This document shows positions 1 to 14,515 of a DNA stretch of 64,000 bases, in pieces; the first letter of the stretch is position 1; each line of letters begins with the position of its first letter. The notes beneath the pieces were generated by a model that saw nothing but the letters and a program-made list of their open reading frames with translations, was not told where the DNA came from and did no database searches. Source of the DNA: the human T2T-CHM13v2.0 reference genome, Homo sapiens; assembly GCF_009914755.1 (NCBI RefSeq), contig NC_060927.1. The stretch is one strand, 5' to 3'. The position numbers and the translations under genes are program-made.

Positions 1-874
1 CAAGTAAAATATGTTGTGAAAATTTCCTTTGAATATTTCTAAACACTTTTTCCTCCTACAGTATTTTCATCAGAAGATGGCAGCAAAATATCATAATCCA
101 TAATGTTTATAAGTCTTTTCCAACAGTGTAATCAAATAGTTTGGAATATTTATAAAAATCTATTTTATTCTTATTTAAACTGCTAATGTGTTGAAATGCT
201 CTTTGGTTGAATAATGCAACAGCACACTGATTTTTGAAGGCAGTGGGATGAGAGACACTTTATAATTTGAATAACTCCTCTGCAGAAATAACTAATTTAT
301 TTGATCCTTTAAATTAGTGGAAATGGCTGTGTAGCATTTTGAAGTTGTTTTTTATTTCCTTAGCGTAGTACTTCAAAAAATTACTACAACATAAATTATT
401 TTAAAGACAAATTTATTTGGAAATATCTAACATATTTGTACACGAAATTAGACTCAAAAGCTATTTGATTTACTTTTACTGAAGAATAGCTAAAACAATT
501 TATATTTTACTTCCTGAATTAAAAAATGAAAAAAATGACATTCTGTGGTGAATTCAAAATTTTATTTTTAAATTATCTAAATGAGTTACTTGTAAATTTA
601 TCTATTTTAATGGCTTCTTTTCTAATGATATCTAATATTCTCTCAGCAGGTAAAATTTGTATAAAGAAAATTTGACCTTGATAAGGTTATCGTAAGAGTT
701 GAAGTACCTAATGAAGAAATAGTTAAGAACTATATGATTTAAATTTCTGTACATCAAGCTATGGGATTTGAACTTCTTGCCTCAGTATTTGGAGAGACAG
801 ATTGTGTGAAAAATGTGTATGTCAGTTATTTACATATTATAGATAAAAGTATTGATTATATGTTGATTTTTCAC

Positions 875-1880
875 ATATTGCCTCTCAGCCATTCCCTTAC
901 CCTTCTATACTCTGCTATGTGCTACGAGGCCTGGGAGTCTGTGAATAGTATCTCCAGCTTTCTTTTAGCTGACTTCCTCGTAGAATCTGACCATGGAGCC
1001 ATTGGGAAATAACTGATAGATGAGAGGAGGGAAACAGAGTTGGGTTTACTGTTCCAGGGAACTCCAGCTTCCTTCTGTACCCCTAGTACCATCCCAGTGA
1101 GCTATCTTCGTCGTTTGAGAAGCAGCCATGCAGCGTCTACCCCTCCACAGGTCTGAGCACTAGCCTAAGTGTGGCTCCTCCTGAAATCCAAACACCAGCC
1201 ACATGTGCAGCTACACGAATGTGTGGGAACCTCACTGGAGAATACCATGAGAGACATAAAATGTCTGTAAGATAAAGTGTCTACATGTGTCACTTAGCAG
1301 TATGATGCAACCTGGCCAGGGGATTTCCAGGAGACAAGACCACCTCAGCACAGATAGAATTCTCATAAACCTTGAAACAAAGCTTGCCCTTACAAGAATA
1401 GCTTAAATTACCTTTCTAAAAGAAATACCTGGTAACTGACCCTGCATTAACACAGATATAAAAAAGGAAGAAGAATCCCGTAATCTCTGAGAATAGTCTT
1501 CAGACAGAGATCTACCTGACTGTTTTTGGCCCATACCACTGGCCTCCTCCCACTGTCCCTCTTTTGAGAATGTTGCCATAATAAACCACTTGAATATCAC
1601 ATTATGTCTAAGGCTCATCTTTGACACAAATTGAATCAAAGGGAAAAAGTCACCCATTTGAAAGCTAATTAACAAGGACCACAAGAAATCCCCAAATACA
1701 ACATTCACATCTCTGATTTCTTCAGCTGTGGTGATTTAAGCTGTTTCTTGCTGTTATTAATCCCCAAATTCTTCCACTTACTCTGTTGATTCTTTCAACT
1801 TCCAACAGCTATGTAATCAGTTCTCTGTATTAAATTTCCTCTCTTTGAAATACCTATTATGGATTCTCGCTGGATGCGTA
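875..1880 (+). mobile_element. Old ERVL-class LTR (LTR33/LTR16/LTR40-like), interrupted by a second LTR
   Basis: LTR-like sequence at ~875-1219 resumes at ~1710 and ends with the typical '...ttctctgtATTAAAtttcctctctttgaaatacct' 3' region. Family is inferred from memory. Confidence 0.45.
1220..1703 (+). mobile_element. Solo LTR, family unassigned
   Basis: TG...CA ends, TATA-like gaTATAAAAAagg near 1456 and AATAAA near 1580. It splits the surrounding LTR. No clean TSD. Confidence 0.5.
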
Positions 1881-3899
1881 TTACCTGATAGGAAAATACA
1901 ATTAAAACCCAGGAAGATAGTTTTAAGAAAATATTGTCCCTGGCTTGTATTGCCTTATTTCCTTGTTATTTGGTTCAGATTTTTAATTTTTAAAACCATC
2001 CAAGTTATTTTTGTCCCACAAGAGAAACTGCACTGGAGAGACTAGTAACACAAAGAACATGCTCATATAATAGCATTTTTCATCTGTATGATAAACTCAT
2101 AATACCTGTGCTGAAATCCATAAGACTGTATGAGAAATGCTCTCTGATGTCTGAAAAAGCCATTATAAGAGAAGTAATTGTGTTTGTGTTCTATGAATTC
2201 TGAATACATGTGTATGCATGGGTGGGGACTGTCCTATCTTGAGATTTAATTATATGTTGTTTAATTACTTTCTGCATTATGAAACCAAAGTTGGTGCAAG
2301 TGAGAGTTCAGGCATTACAACTTACTCTTGCTCTCTGAAACAATAATTTCTATCTTAGAACCCAGTTAGTTAAGCAAGAATTTTATCTATAGGAAATAAT
2401 TTAAAAAAAAACTGTAGTGCAAGTTGGTAGGTGACACACATGGTCTAAGATGACTTCACAGAGTAACAGACTAGGACTTTACAAGACGCACTACTTGGAA
2501 ATCATAAAGCAAACAATTTGCATGAAAAAGGCATGTCAGGTGATACAAAAGCATCAAACCCAAGACAGATATTTAAGAATAGATATCTAATCAAGTTAGG
2601 GAAACTGGTAAGAACAACGTCAAATTCTAGTGATGCAGAGAGCTAGACAGGTTACCAGGACATTCATAAAACTGTTGACCAAAAATTGGGATCAAATCTG
2701 TAGAAAGCATGTAGTACTCAGAACATGCAGGAACCTGTTTCTCAAAAGGCTGCAGAAAGTTAGCTGTGATAGGATACTGAAGCACAGAATGTGGGCTCCC
2801 CATTAACTATACTTGTTGATTCATCTTTAATACTGGAGGTAGGAAATGCAGGAAGGGAGTGATTTGCTCCAGTTTTCAGGAGATTGAGAGGTTGGGAAGT
2901 AGGTTTTGGAGAAAGAAATTTATACTTTAACAAGGCAAACTAAATTAACAAAATAATTCTTGGATATTGTAGGATGTAGAAGCTTGAGGATTAGTCATTA
3001 TTCGTTTATCCGACTCAAAAGTTTCAATATTGTGCATTCTTTTTTGATTTATTCCCACCAAATTTTATTTATCTAAATCATAAACAATTAAGATTATGCT
3101 TTGAGTATTTTATTATCTTATTTGTGTTTAAATGCCAAGGCTTCTACTAGCATTTTAAATTTAGACACAAAAATATTTAATTCTATCATTTGCTGAAATG
3201 TTATATTCCCATTGAACTTCAAAAAATGAATGCAATTTCAGTAAGCAGTTTTCTGTTTCTTTAGTTACATTTTAAGTACTGTTTTTAAAAAATAAATGAC
3301 ATCTAAGAGAATAATTTGGGGAATATACATATATTGGAGAAATTCAAAGAACTGTAGAAAATGAGTAAATCAAAATGATTAGATCAAAACTCTAGATCAA
3401 AATGCTAGAGTTTTTGACTCCCAGTTTGATGGTTTATTAATATTTTATACAATGGGAAATTAATTTTGCCATAACAAACCAATGTATTTTCTTCATTATA
3501 TGCATATTGAACTTGATTTTATCTTGAAACTAGATTTTCATTATATTCAAAAGAAAAGTTTATTTAAATTACAAAGAGTAAAAAGAAAACTTTTTAAAGC
3601 ATAAAATTGCCTTGTCTTTTGGAATTTAAAAATAGATTTAATTTTAAATTATTTAAATGTTATATCAGTCTGGTCATAGTAACATGTTATTTTAGTTCCC
3701 ACCTGTGGAGGTTAATGTACAAAAATTACAGTAGCTTGACATAGAACGACCAATTAGTGAGAAGGCCACAAAGATTATTATTTTTTAAATGTTTCTGTCT
3801 TTACATAGACAGTTTTTAACAACATGGTGAAATCCCCCTGAATGGACAGATAATTATGTCATGTTGCACTTTTACCCAAGGTATTTCCACTTGACTGTG

Positions 3900-4150
3900 A
3901 CCCCCCTCCCACCATATACATGTACACAGACACTTCCTACTCCTCTTGCCTGTTTCATATCCTCCATACCACATATCCATACATACAATATATACAATAT
4001 ATCTATTTATGCATTTATTGGCTTTCTTTCCCTTCCTCCTGCAGAATACACACTCATGATGCCAGAGGGTTTTGATTGTTTGATTAACTTCTATATTCTC
4101 AAAATCTAGAAGACTACCTGCACAAATATTTGTAGAAAGAATGAATAAAT
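3900..4150 (+). mobile_element. L2 3' end fragment
   Basis: Degenerate L2 tail ending 'aaatatttgtagaaagaatgaataaat'. Confidence 0.6.
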
Positions 4151-4663
4151 CAATGGCTAATAATTGCCCCTCCCTAACCTCTGTGCAACAATATGGAGAG
4201 GAACTTTGTGGGGTATCAATACCCATGAGACATCCCTGATGTCTCCAGGCATATTTTGCAATTGTAAAGGTCAAACAGTGCAAATGATTTTGCCTGGAAG
4301 TAAATACCATGCATGGGTGAACAGTGATGTCAGGCGGCAAAGCTAATCTATAGACATTCCCTAGAGAGGAATTGCTACACATTTCTGTCCCATACTTTTA
4401 ACCTACCATCTCTTCTCACTGATTCCTAATTTGTAGTCCCTTCAGATCTCTGCAGAAAGATCACCTCTAATTTCTGATTCAAGTCTCTTCTGAGCCTGTG
4501 GCTATTCTTTATTGTTGTTACTGGTAACGCAACATCTCAATTTTGCTGTTCACTTTCCTCACATTCTCCTTACTATTTGGGAGTTGCTTCCTTCTCTTGT
4601 TTTCATTTATCTTTAAGTGATAGAGGAGAACATTTCCATATGCCCTGTCAGCAATTTAACCTG

Positions 4664-5047
4664 TGTATTGGTCCAGTCTCGCATTACTATAAAGAACTAC
4701 CTGAGACTGAGTAGTACATGAAGAAAAGAGGTTTCATTGGCTCAAAGTTCCACAGGCTGTTCAGGACACATGGCTTGGATGGCCTCAGGAAACTTACAAT
4801 CATGGCAGAAGGTGAAGGGGAGGCAAGCACAGTATTCACATGGCCAGAGCAGGAGAGAGAGTGAAGGGGGAGGTGTTACACACATTTAAACAACCAGATC
4901 TCGTGAGAGCTCATTCGCTCTAATGAGAACAGTAATGGGGAAATCCACCAGCATGATCCAATCACCTTCAGCCAGGTCCCTCCTTCAACACTGAGGATTA
5001 CAATTCAACATGAGATTTGGGTGGGGACATAGAGCCAAACCATATCA
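4664..5047 (-). mobile_element. THE1D/MST-type MaLR solo LTR
   Basis: tgtattggtcc...gggtggggacatagagccaaaccatatca is the reverse of the THE1 consensus. Perfect 5-bp TSD ACCTG (4659-4663, 5048-5052). Confidence 0.92.
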
Positions 5048-6089
5048 ACCTGGAAGCCTGGTGTTTCTTTGTTCATTGATTAGCTGGACATTAGTCCTTC
5101 AAGGTAGACTAAGGTAGAAAATTATGTAAAGAATCATACAATATTACTTCTTTAGTATGCTAATACAACATGAAGAGGGATAAAAGGGCCTATCTAAATC
5201 ATTAAGTCAAAAATGTATCTGACAATATGTTCTTTTCCATACATTCGCTCATTACAGGATTTTACTAGCGGCACATCTAGCTACCTAGCAGACCTTTCTA
5301 ACCAGTAGTATAGAGATCAGTATGCATTTTTCCTAGGCAGCAAAATACTGTGGCAAGACTATACCAATCTAATAAATGGAGAATCCATCATTCCAACCCA
5401 GTTTTGTCTTGAGGATTTAAGGAGTTCATATTAATCCAGAATGACCCCCTCAGTCTAGGAATAGTTCAGGAGAGATACTATGTCATAAATATCAGACTGT
5501 TTTTGAATGTATTTGAGATATTTATTAATTGTGTTCAATTATAAAATATTTTTATTATCAAGACTCTAGTTTTCAAAAGTTTAGAGAAAGAAAAGAAAAT
5601 TATATTCTAAAAGAGCCCCAAATTTTGTTTTCTTCATATGTCTAATTTAACAACAAGTAGACAAGGCATGGTCCTAATTTCCTTCAGATGGTACAGAACA
5701 GAGAATAAGAAAAATCATTACTCAAGTTATAAAAAAGTCATTTGTGCTGACCTACCTTTTTAAAAATAGAGACTTCTAAAAGAATTCCATTGCTCTTAAG
5801 CACACCTTGATTCCTTTCTGATGCCATGCCAAAAGAAGTTGAGTATCATCTATCGATACATAACTTGCTGTATCATACTTAATATTTTCTTTATTTGGGG
5901 GCTTTTTAAAAAATCTATCTCTCAGGAGGAGTCAAGCATGGTCTAGAGACTGATTTCTAGTGAGTTTCTGAACTCTCTAATCTACATTACTAGAAAACAT
6001 TTAAATCACTCCTAACAATTATTTTAAAAGGGCCTTTATTATACATACAACTTGCTAATGATAATGACACTGTCATTATCCTAACAAAA

Positions 6090-6242
6090 TATGTTAATAT
6101 TTATCATATACATTGCAAAAGTGAGGAATTGACATTTAGAGGGGTTAAGCAATGTTTCAAATGATATATATCTTTTAAGTGAAAGATCTGTACTTTCAAC
6201 ACTGTTGAGTCTGACTGCAAGTGAGTACTCTGCACCACTGTG
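6090..6242 (-). mobile_element. MIR fragment
   Basis: 'gtgaggaattgacatttagaggggttaagcaatgtttc...gtctgactgcaag' resembles the MIR core in reverse. Confidence 0.55.
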
Positions 6243-6940
6243 TTTTCAATTTTCTGATAGGAGTTTTCACTGTCTCAATGTATGAGAAGTTATGTTATCT
6301 CAGTATATGAGATAACCACTGTAAAAGAGCAGCAATGTATGAGGGAAGTTAATCCTCTCAATTATATCTCCTGATATAGACTCTGGAAATAATATTAACA
6401 GCATTGCTCCATGATTCTCTTTTTAAAATGGTACAGTTGTCTTAGCAATGTTACAAACTCTAATGTTTCTTACGTCTAATGAAAAAAAATATCTTTCATC
6501 CTGCTAATGTACTGGCTAATGATTTTGCTGACTGTTCCTTCAAAGGTCTAGGAAAGATTCCTTTTAATTAAATTGAGGAACAGCTATTTCAAATTCAGAG
6601 GTTTTCATCATTAAAAAGTGTCACATATAACCTTTGTATGCTGAGAAGTTAACAGTATCTTCATTAGTAAAGAGTTTTGTGACACATTTTGCTTGAATCT
6701 CAAATTTGAGTTCTAGAAAGTTTGTCACTAAAGTTATGCATGTTATTTTGTATAAAAAGTAAAAATACTATATCTACGTATTTTCCTCTTTTTCTCAATG
6801 ATTAACGTGACAGGCATCTGAGAATACCATTACAGTGGTCTTTGATCTCATTTTTCCTCCACCTCTTCCTTTCTGAATACTAAATTTCTTGATTTCCTTA
6901 GTGCTAAAGTATATAAGCCATAACTATTCCTCTAAGACAG

Positions 6941-7128
6941 TATACTGTAGGGAAAAGAACATTAGACTAGGAATCAGAAGAGTGGGCTTTAAAGTAAGGT
7001 TCACCCACATAATAATGGGTATATAAAATGGTAATTTAAAAGCATCCATATCACAAGATTGCTATGAGGATTGAAAGAGATAAACATGTTAATTGTAGCA
7101 TAGAGGAGACATTCAATAAGTGATAGTT
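6941..7128 (+). mobile_element. MIR fragment
   Basis: 'aaagaacattagactaggaatcagaaga...taaaatggtaat...tatgaggattgaaagagataa...tcaataagtgatag'. Confidence 0.6.
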
Positions 7129-7260
7129 GTCCTGCTGTCCTAATTAAATGGCCTTAATAAGCAAGTAGTCATTAGAAAATGATACTATGTTTATCAAACG
7201 AAACAACATCAATAACAAAGAACTATGTATACACGTGTATGTTTATATTTACCTTTTTAG

Positions 7261-7302
<42 letters not shown>
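7261..7302. repeat. (CTAT)n tetranucleotide microsatellite, ~10.5 perfect units
   Basis: Read directly from the sequence. Confidence 0.98.
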
Positions 7303-7303
<1 letters not shown>

Positions 7304-7544
7304 GTTTAGGGTTGTACTGCAAAATGTAGTAAGCTTCATTTAATGTAAATAATATTCACATCAAAGCTTTTAGAATTATGACAATAAGTCAAAGTCAGAT
7401 TCTTCATAACTTTGAAATAATCTTAGAAAATAGGAAAAATATGTGCAATTAACACCATGAACACATTAACACTAATGAACTCATTGCAGGTGAAGTTATT
7501 TTCTAAGCTGTGTTTTGTCTATACTTTCTCAACTTCCTACTTAC

Positions 7545-7680
7545 ATCTCACTCCCTTCTAATCTGACTTCTGCCTACAACACACCACTGAAAACTTAATT
7601 CCAAATTTACTGCTAGCCTCATAGTTGCTAAATCCAGGGTTATACTTTTCAGTTATTATATTATTCAATCTCTCAGTGTT
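7545..7680 (+). mobile_element. L2 fragment
   Basis: 'atctgacttctgcc...ccactgaaa...gttgctaaatcca...ttttcagtt...tctctcag' L2-like motif order. Confidence 0.5.
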
Positions 7681-7705
7681 AGAAGAGGCAATCTGGCATA
7701 AACCT

Positions 7706-7839
7706 TGCTATGGACTGAACTGTGCACCCCTCAAAATTCACATGTCTTCCAAACTCAAGAACTGTGAGAAATAAATATCTATTGTTTAAATCATTTCGTA
7801 AATAGTATATTCTCACAGAAGCCAGAGCAAACTCAGATG
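7706..7839 (+). mobile_element. MLT1A/B-type MaLR LTR, internally deleted
   Basis: MLT1 5' start 'tgctatggactgaa...ccctcaaaattcacatgt' joined directly to the 3' part 'agaactgtgagaaataaat...ttgtttaa...gcaaact'. Confidence 0.75.
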
Positions 7840-7901
7840 GGCCTTGAGCCTTTTTATAGGCTCTTGATGATAAATCAAGTCTCTGACCACTGTTCACTCT
7901 G

Positions 7902-8320
7902 TGTAGGAGAATAGGTCCCCAGATGGCCTTGGCCACTTCTGGCTTTTTCCCTTTTCTTGCAGTTGTTGGTAGAAACCACAGAATGTTCCAAGAATGCAAC
8001 ATCCTTAGAAAAGGATAAAGTGTCCAGAACCATCTGGAATGAGTCCTCATTCCTCTGGGAACAGGATGTTTTGCAATCCTTGATTGAGCTCAGTGAGTTT
8101 GTAGTTATATCCAGGATGAATAATCGCAGGGCAGAGCATTCTGGGGTCTCTCAGATCTCCATCTGCACTGGGCAGCTTTCCTAAGTCCTGGAAAAACCAG
8201 AGTGTCACGGATCCTAGGCTTCTTTTTATCCTTGCTGCCTATTTGTAAGTAATAAATTCACTTTTCCTGACATTGTGTGAGTGCTCAGTCTGACCAAGCT
8301 CAAGCAGGTGGTAACCTGAG
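7902..8320 (+). mobile_element. ERVL-class solo LTR (MER76/MER77-like)
   Basis: Starts tgtagg and has AATAAA near 8251. Homologous to the reverse-strand element at 21740-22170 (shared 'aagaatgcaacatcct', 'tatccttgctg(c/t)ctat'). Confidence 0.6.
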
Positions 8321-8329
8321 CTCCTTCCA

Positions 8330-8494
8330 GATTTAGAAACCTTTGCACTCTGGACTTTTGACAGTGCTGCATTTGCAGTGGACACCATTGATGAATGATA
8401 CAGTTTTTCTCTTGGGGATAATGAACAGGCCTGCTAACCATTTTCTATACAAGGCAGGCTTCCCAAGCTTCATGTTCCTCAGCTGTGTTAAAAA

Positions 8495-8526
<32 letters not shown>

Positions 8527-8710
8527 AAAAACACTGTATATGCACCATTTTTTATGGGCTTAATGGCATTATCACTTAGAACTTGGGGGCAGAGAACTAA
8601 TGCCCACACAGATGCCAGGAGCGTAATATCTGTTCTTGCAATATATTAGTTCCATCTCTTGAGGTCTTTATCAAAGACTTAACTCCCGCATCATTGGAGA
8701 GTGTCCTCAT
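8330..8710 (+). mobile_element. MER21/MER68/MER77-group LTR fragment with internal A-run (8490-8531)
   Basis: 'caggcctgct...cctcagctgtg...acttgggggcagagaactaatg' motifs. Family uncertain. Confidence 0.4.
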
Positions 8711-8888
8711 ATTTATATATATTGCATTATGAAACTTTATGCTCTACTGCCCTTTGTTTAACCCACTTGGGATCAAGTCCTACACATCTTGTCCCGGAAA
8801 CTGCTGAAATGTGTTTCCTAAGTGCAGTAGCTACTTCGTTGTCTAATACCTTTCTTCCCTCAGTAGAGTCAACACTTCCCCTGGGAAT

Positions 8889-8985
8889 CTACAAAACAAC
8901 TACTAGAATTAATTAGTAACTTTAGCAAGATCACAGGATACAAGGTTAAAAGACAAAAATTAATTATAATTATAATTTTATACAT
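8889..8985 (+). mobile_element. Old L1 ORF2 fragment
   Basis: 'ctactagaattaattagtaactttagcaagatcacaggatacaagg' encodes LLELISNFSKITGYK, resembling L1 ORF2 RT. Confidence 0.7.
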
Positions 8986-8986
8986 A

Positions 8987-9185
8987 AGGGGTCAGCAAAC
9001 GTTTTCTGCAATGAGCTAGATAGAAAATATTTTAGGGTTAGCAGTCCATGCATCTGTTCACAAGCTCTACTCTGTGATTGTTGTATGAGTGGCCATACAC
9101 AAAATGTAAGTAAATGAGAGGGTTATGTTCTAATCAAATTTTTTACAAAAGCAGACTACAGGCTAGATTTGGTTTATGAGCTCTA
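8987..9185 (+). mobile_element. MER58A hAT-Charlie DNA transposon
   Basis: 'aggggtcagcaaac...agatagaaaatattttagg...caggctagatttgg'. Confidence 0.75.
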
Positions 9186-9473
9186 TGAATTATGGATTAG
9201 AAGACTTTGCATTGTATCTAATTAACTAATATTTTAAAGCCTCCTTTAATTTCTTTCACCCATATTCTATAGTTTTCAGTGTAAAGGCCTTGTACATCCT
9301 TTGCTAAATGTATTCCTAAAAATTTGATGGATCCTGATGCTATTATAAGTTGAATTATTTGTCTAAATTTATTTTCCAATTTTTTGGCTGCTAGTATATG
9401 GAAATATAATTAATTTCCACACATTAACCTTATATCTACAATTTGTCTAAGTTACCTTATTAAAGTACTTCTT

Positions 9474-10664
<1,191 letters not shown>

Positions 10665-11359
10665 TAAAGTACTTCTTAAAGATCTCCAAAGATTTTCTAT
10701 GTAAGCAATCGTATGATATGCAAAAAAAAATTCAATTTTTAAAATCTATTCTTTATGCCTTTGTTCCCTTAACCTTATTGCAACATCTAGGACTTTTAGT
10801 ACATTGTGAATCAAATGCTCAGGGTTCATATTCTTGACTTTTTAATATTAGGGGAAAGTAATGAATATTTGACCATTAAGTATGACATTAGTTGTAAGAT
10901 TTTAGTAGAAATCTATTGTCAAGTTCAAGAAGTCCTGTCTATTCCTAGGTTCCTAAAGCTACTTACATGGGTATTCTCACTATTGTGAAATAAACCTTTG
11001 TTGCTCACTTTTCTCAAATGTTTTTCATGTGTCTATAGAAATAAATTTTTCTCTTTTATCCTCTTACTATGGCAAAATGCAAAATTTTATTTTTGATTGT
11101 TAAATTAACTTCATATTTCTTCTTGTATACACCAAAATAGTTATAATGCATTATCTCTTTTATAAGTTTCTGGTTTCACCTCTGTTTTGTTAAGAATTTT
11201 GTGTCTATGATTATGAGGAATATTGGTCCATGAATTTATTTTATTGTTTTAATATTGTTATATAATTCTGGTATTAAGTCAATTATGGACTCATAAGATG
11301 AGTAGGGATTGCTTCTACATCTTCTGTTTTCTTAAAGAGAATGCAAAGAGTTGTTATTA

Positions 11360-11457
11360 CAGGCAATCCCCGACTTACCATGGTTCAACTTAAAGCTTTT
11401 TAGACTTTACAATGGATTTATCAAGCAGCAACACCATCTTAAGTCAAGAGGCATCTG
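11360..11457. mobile_element. MER47C-like Tigger-family MITE
   Basis: ~98 bp, cagg...cgacttac / taagtcaagaggcatctg terminal inverted repeats, TA on the left side. Confidence 0.75.
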
Positions 11458-11459
11458 GG

Positions 11460-11685
11460 CAGGGTTTTATTCTGTTGCTTTGATAGCCTGGGTTCAAGAG
11501 ATCCTCCTGTATCAGCCTGCCAAGTACCTGGGACTACAGGCACATGCCACCATACTTAGCTAATTTAAAAAATTTTTTTGTACAGACAAGGTTTCATGTC
11601 CTGTTTTTTGTTGCCCAGGCTCAACATGGTTTATATTCTCCTGAGTAGTTGGAACTACAGGTGCTCACCACCACACCCTGCTAAT
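11460..11685 (-). mobile_element. Degenerate AluJ/FLAM fragments
   Basis: 'cctgggttcaagagatcctcc...gggactacaggcacatgccacc' and a second arm remnant. Confidence 0.7.
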
Positions 11686-11942
11686 ACAGATACGTTATAT
11701 TTTATTGGCCCTTAATATAGTAAATAATTTTATATTGTATACTGCACATTTTAAATGTTATATTGTAGAGAAAATACATTTCGTTATATGTTTCAGTTTT
11801 ATCAGGCAATTAAATTGGTTAGGCTGAAATGCAGTGTGATGGGTCAATGCTCAAGTCTCAATTCATATTTTTGTCTTTTCTTCAAGATAGTTTCAGCTGG
11901 CCTCATGCAAGCAAGCTTGGTTCGGTGGTTTGCCAGGGGCTT

Positions 11943-11945
<3 letters not shown>

Positions 11946-11980
<35 letters not shown>

Positions 11981-12165
11981 AAACTATATACAATATATTA
12001 TATAATAATATATAATAAATATATATTATATAATATATTATGGTTTAGATTTTTTTAGATTGCATGTTTTAGACTATATACTTTTATATAAAAATATGTT
12101 TAATAAATATTTATTTATATATTGTTATATAAATATAAATATATATATATTGTTTTATATTTGTA
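11946..12165. repeat. (AC)n microsatellite followed by AT-rich low-complexity tract
   Basis: Read directly from the sequence. Confidence 0.9.
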
Positions 12166-13087
12166 TATTCATGAGTATGTGTATTAACTAATTATTTCCC
12201 TTCTCCGAATTCTCTTTCCTCACTTTTTAATCACATAGATTATTCTGAGCTCTTCCTCTTATTTCCTTTGCCCAGAAAGATAAAAAATTTTTCTAGCAGT
12301 GTTTAAGCTGCCTATGCCACCACTACTGTGACTACAAAAATGAACTTGTTCCAAATTTTATATGTAGTCCAAAATATGCCTGTTTTTGTTCTAATCCAGA
12401 GAACTTTGTTTTTATTTTTACTTTTTTTTCCAAAATTTGTGATCAATATTTGTAGAAGAATTAGTGTGATAGAAACTCACTCCTCTTTACCAGACGCAGA
12501 AATTCACAGATGTCTACTTTACAGTATAAGGATTTAGATTCTTTATTATATATGAAGTAGTATTCCCTGATATTGTGTGGTAAAATCAGATTAAACACTA
12601 GTAAAGAGTCTGAAATATATAGACCTTGAATACACTGTGCTAGTTTACCCTAACTGCAGCTCCACTTCTAAAAAATAAAATATATTGCATAATTTTTAAC
12701 TCAATTTTTCATTTTGAGACACCTGAGAGTCACATCTGGTTGTAAGAAATAATAGAGATATACCATGTATTCTTTACCCTGTTTATACCAATGTTAATAT
12801 CTTGCCAAATTATAGTATCACACCCAGGAAACTGACGTTGACACAACGTCACATAATTTGACAAAATCCAGCAATCTTATTTTCTCAGTCTTATAGAGAC
12901 TCATTTGTGTGTGTTAATCTTATGCAATTTTATAACATGTGTTAGTATATATAGCCACCACCACAGTCAAGATATAGAACAGTGTCATCACAACTTTGTG
13001 TTGTGTTATGACCACACTCACATTCTCCCAGACACTCCTAACCATTCATTTCTTCTCCATTTCTATCATATTTGTTATTTTAAGAAA

Positions 13088-13700
13088 AAAACCTTAAAAC
13101 AAAATTACTATTTGACTGAGCAATACCTTTAATGTGTATATACACAAAGAAATGTAAATCATTCTACCATAAAAACATATGCATGCATATATTCATTACA
13201 ACACTATTTTCCATACCAAAGACATGGAATCAACCTAAATGCCCACCAGTGGTAGACTGGATAAAGAAAATATGGGACATATACACCATAGAATACTATG
13301 TAGCCATGAAAAAGAATAAGATCATGTCTTTTGCAGGGACATGGATAGAGTTGGAGGCCATTATCCTCAGCAAACTAAGGCAGGAACAGAAAAGTAAATA
13401 CTGCATGCTCTTATAAGTGGGAGCTGAATATTGAGTACATATAGACATAAAGAAGGGAAAAACAGACACAAGGGCCTATTTGAGGGTGGAGGGTGGGAGG
13501 AGGGTGAGAGTCAAAACTACCTATTGGGTACTATGCTTATTACCTCGGTGATAAAATAATTTGTACACGAAGCCCAGTGACAGGCAATTTACTTACATAG
13601 TAAACTTGCACATGTACTCCTGAACCTAAAAGTTTAAAAACATGTTATCATACTGTAACTGCACATGTACCCCTGAACCTAAAACAAAAGTTTAAAAACA
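13088..13700 (+). mobile_element. 5'-truncated L1PA15/16-like 3' end
   Basis: ORF 13132-13416 (KTWNQPKCP...DWIKKIW...IMSFAGTWIELEAIILS), G-rich 3'UTR 'gggtggagggtgggaggagggtgag' and terminal 'gcacatgtacccctgaacctaaaa'. Confidence 0.9.
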
Positions 13701-14009
13701 TAAATGTTATCATAATGTATGTAAGCATATGGCATCTTACAGTCTGTGTATTTTTGACATTGGCATTTTTTACTAATCACAGTTCCCTTGAGATTCATCT
13801 AAGTTACTGTGTGTACCAATAGTTTATTCCTTGTTTTTGTTTATTAATATTTCAAGATGTGTCTGTACCTCTCATTGTTTAACCATTCCTCTTTTGAAGG
13901 AAATCTTGGCTGTTTCCAGTTTTAGGTTATCACAAGTACAGCTGCTATATTGGCATTCATATGCAGGTTTTTTGATGAACATGGAATTTCATTGCTGTGG
14001 GACAAATGA

Positions 14010-14515
<506 letters not shown>

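Noticed and set aside
3816-4382. 188-aa minus-strand ORF
   Set aside because: It overlaps an L2 tail and low-complexity sequence, has a non-ATG start and shows no recognisable domain.
8889-9460. Same L1 ORF2 region present in both orientations (8889-8985 and ~9385-9460)
   Set aside because: Too diverged and with no shared private changes; better explained as independent old L1 fragments than as a local inverted duplication.
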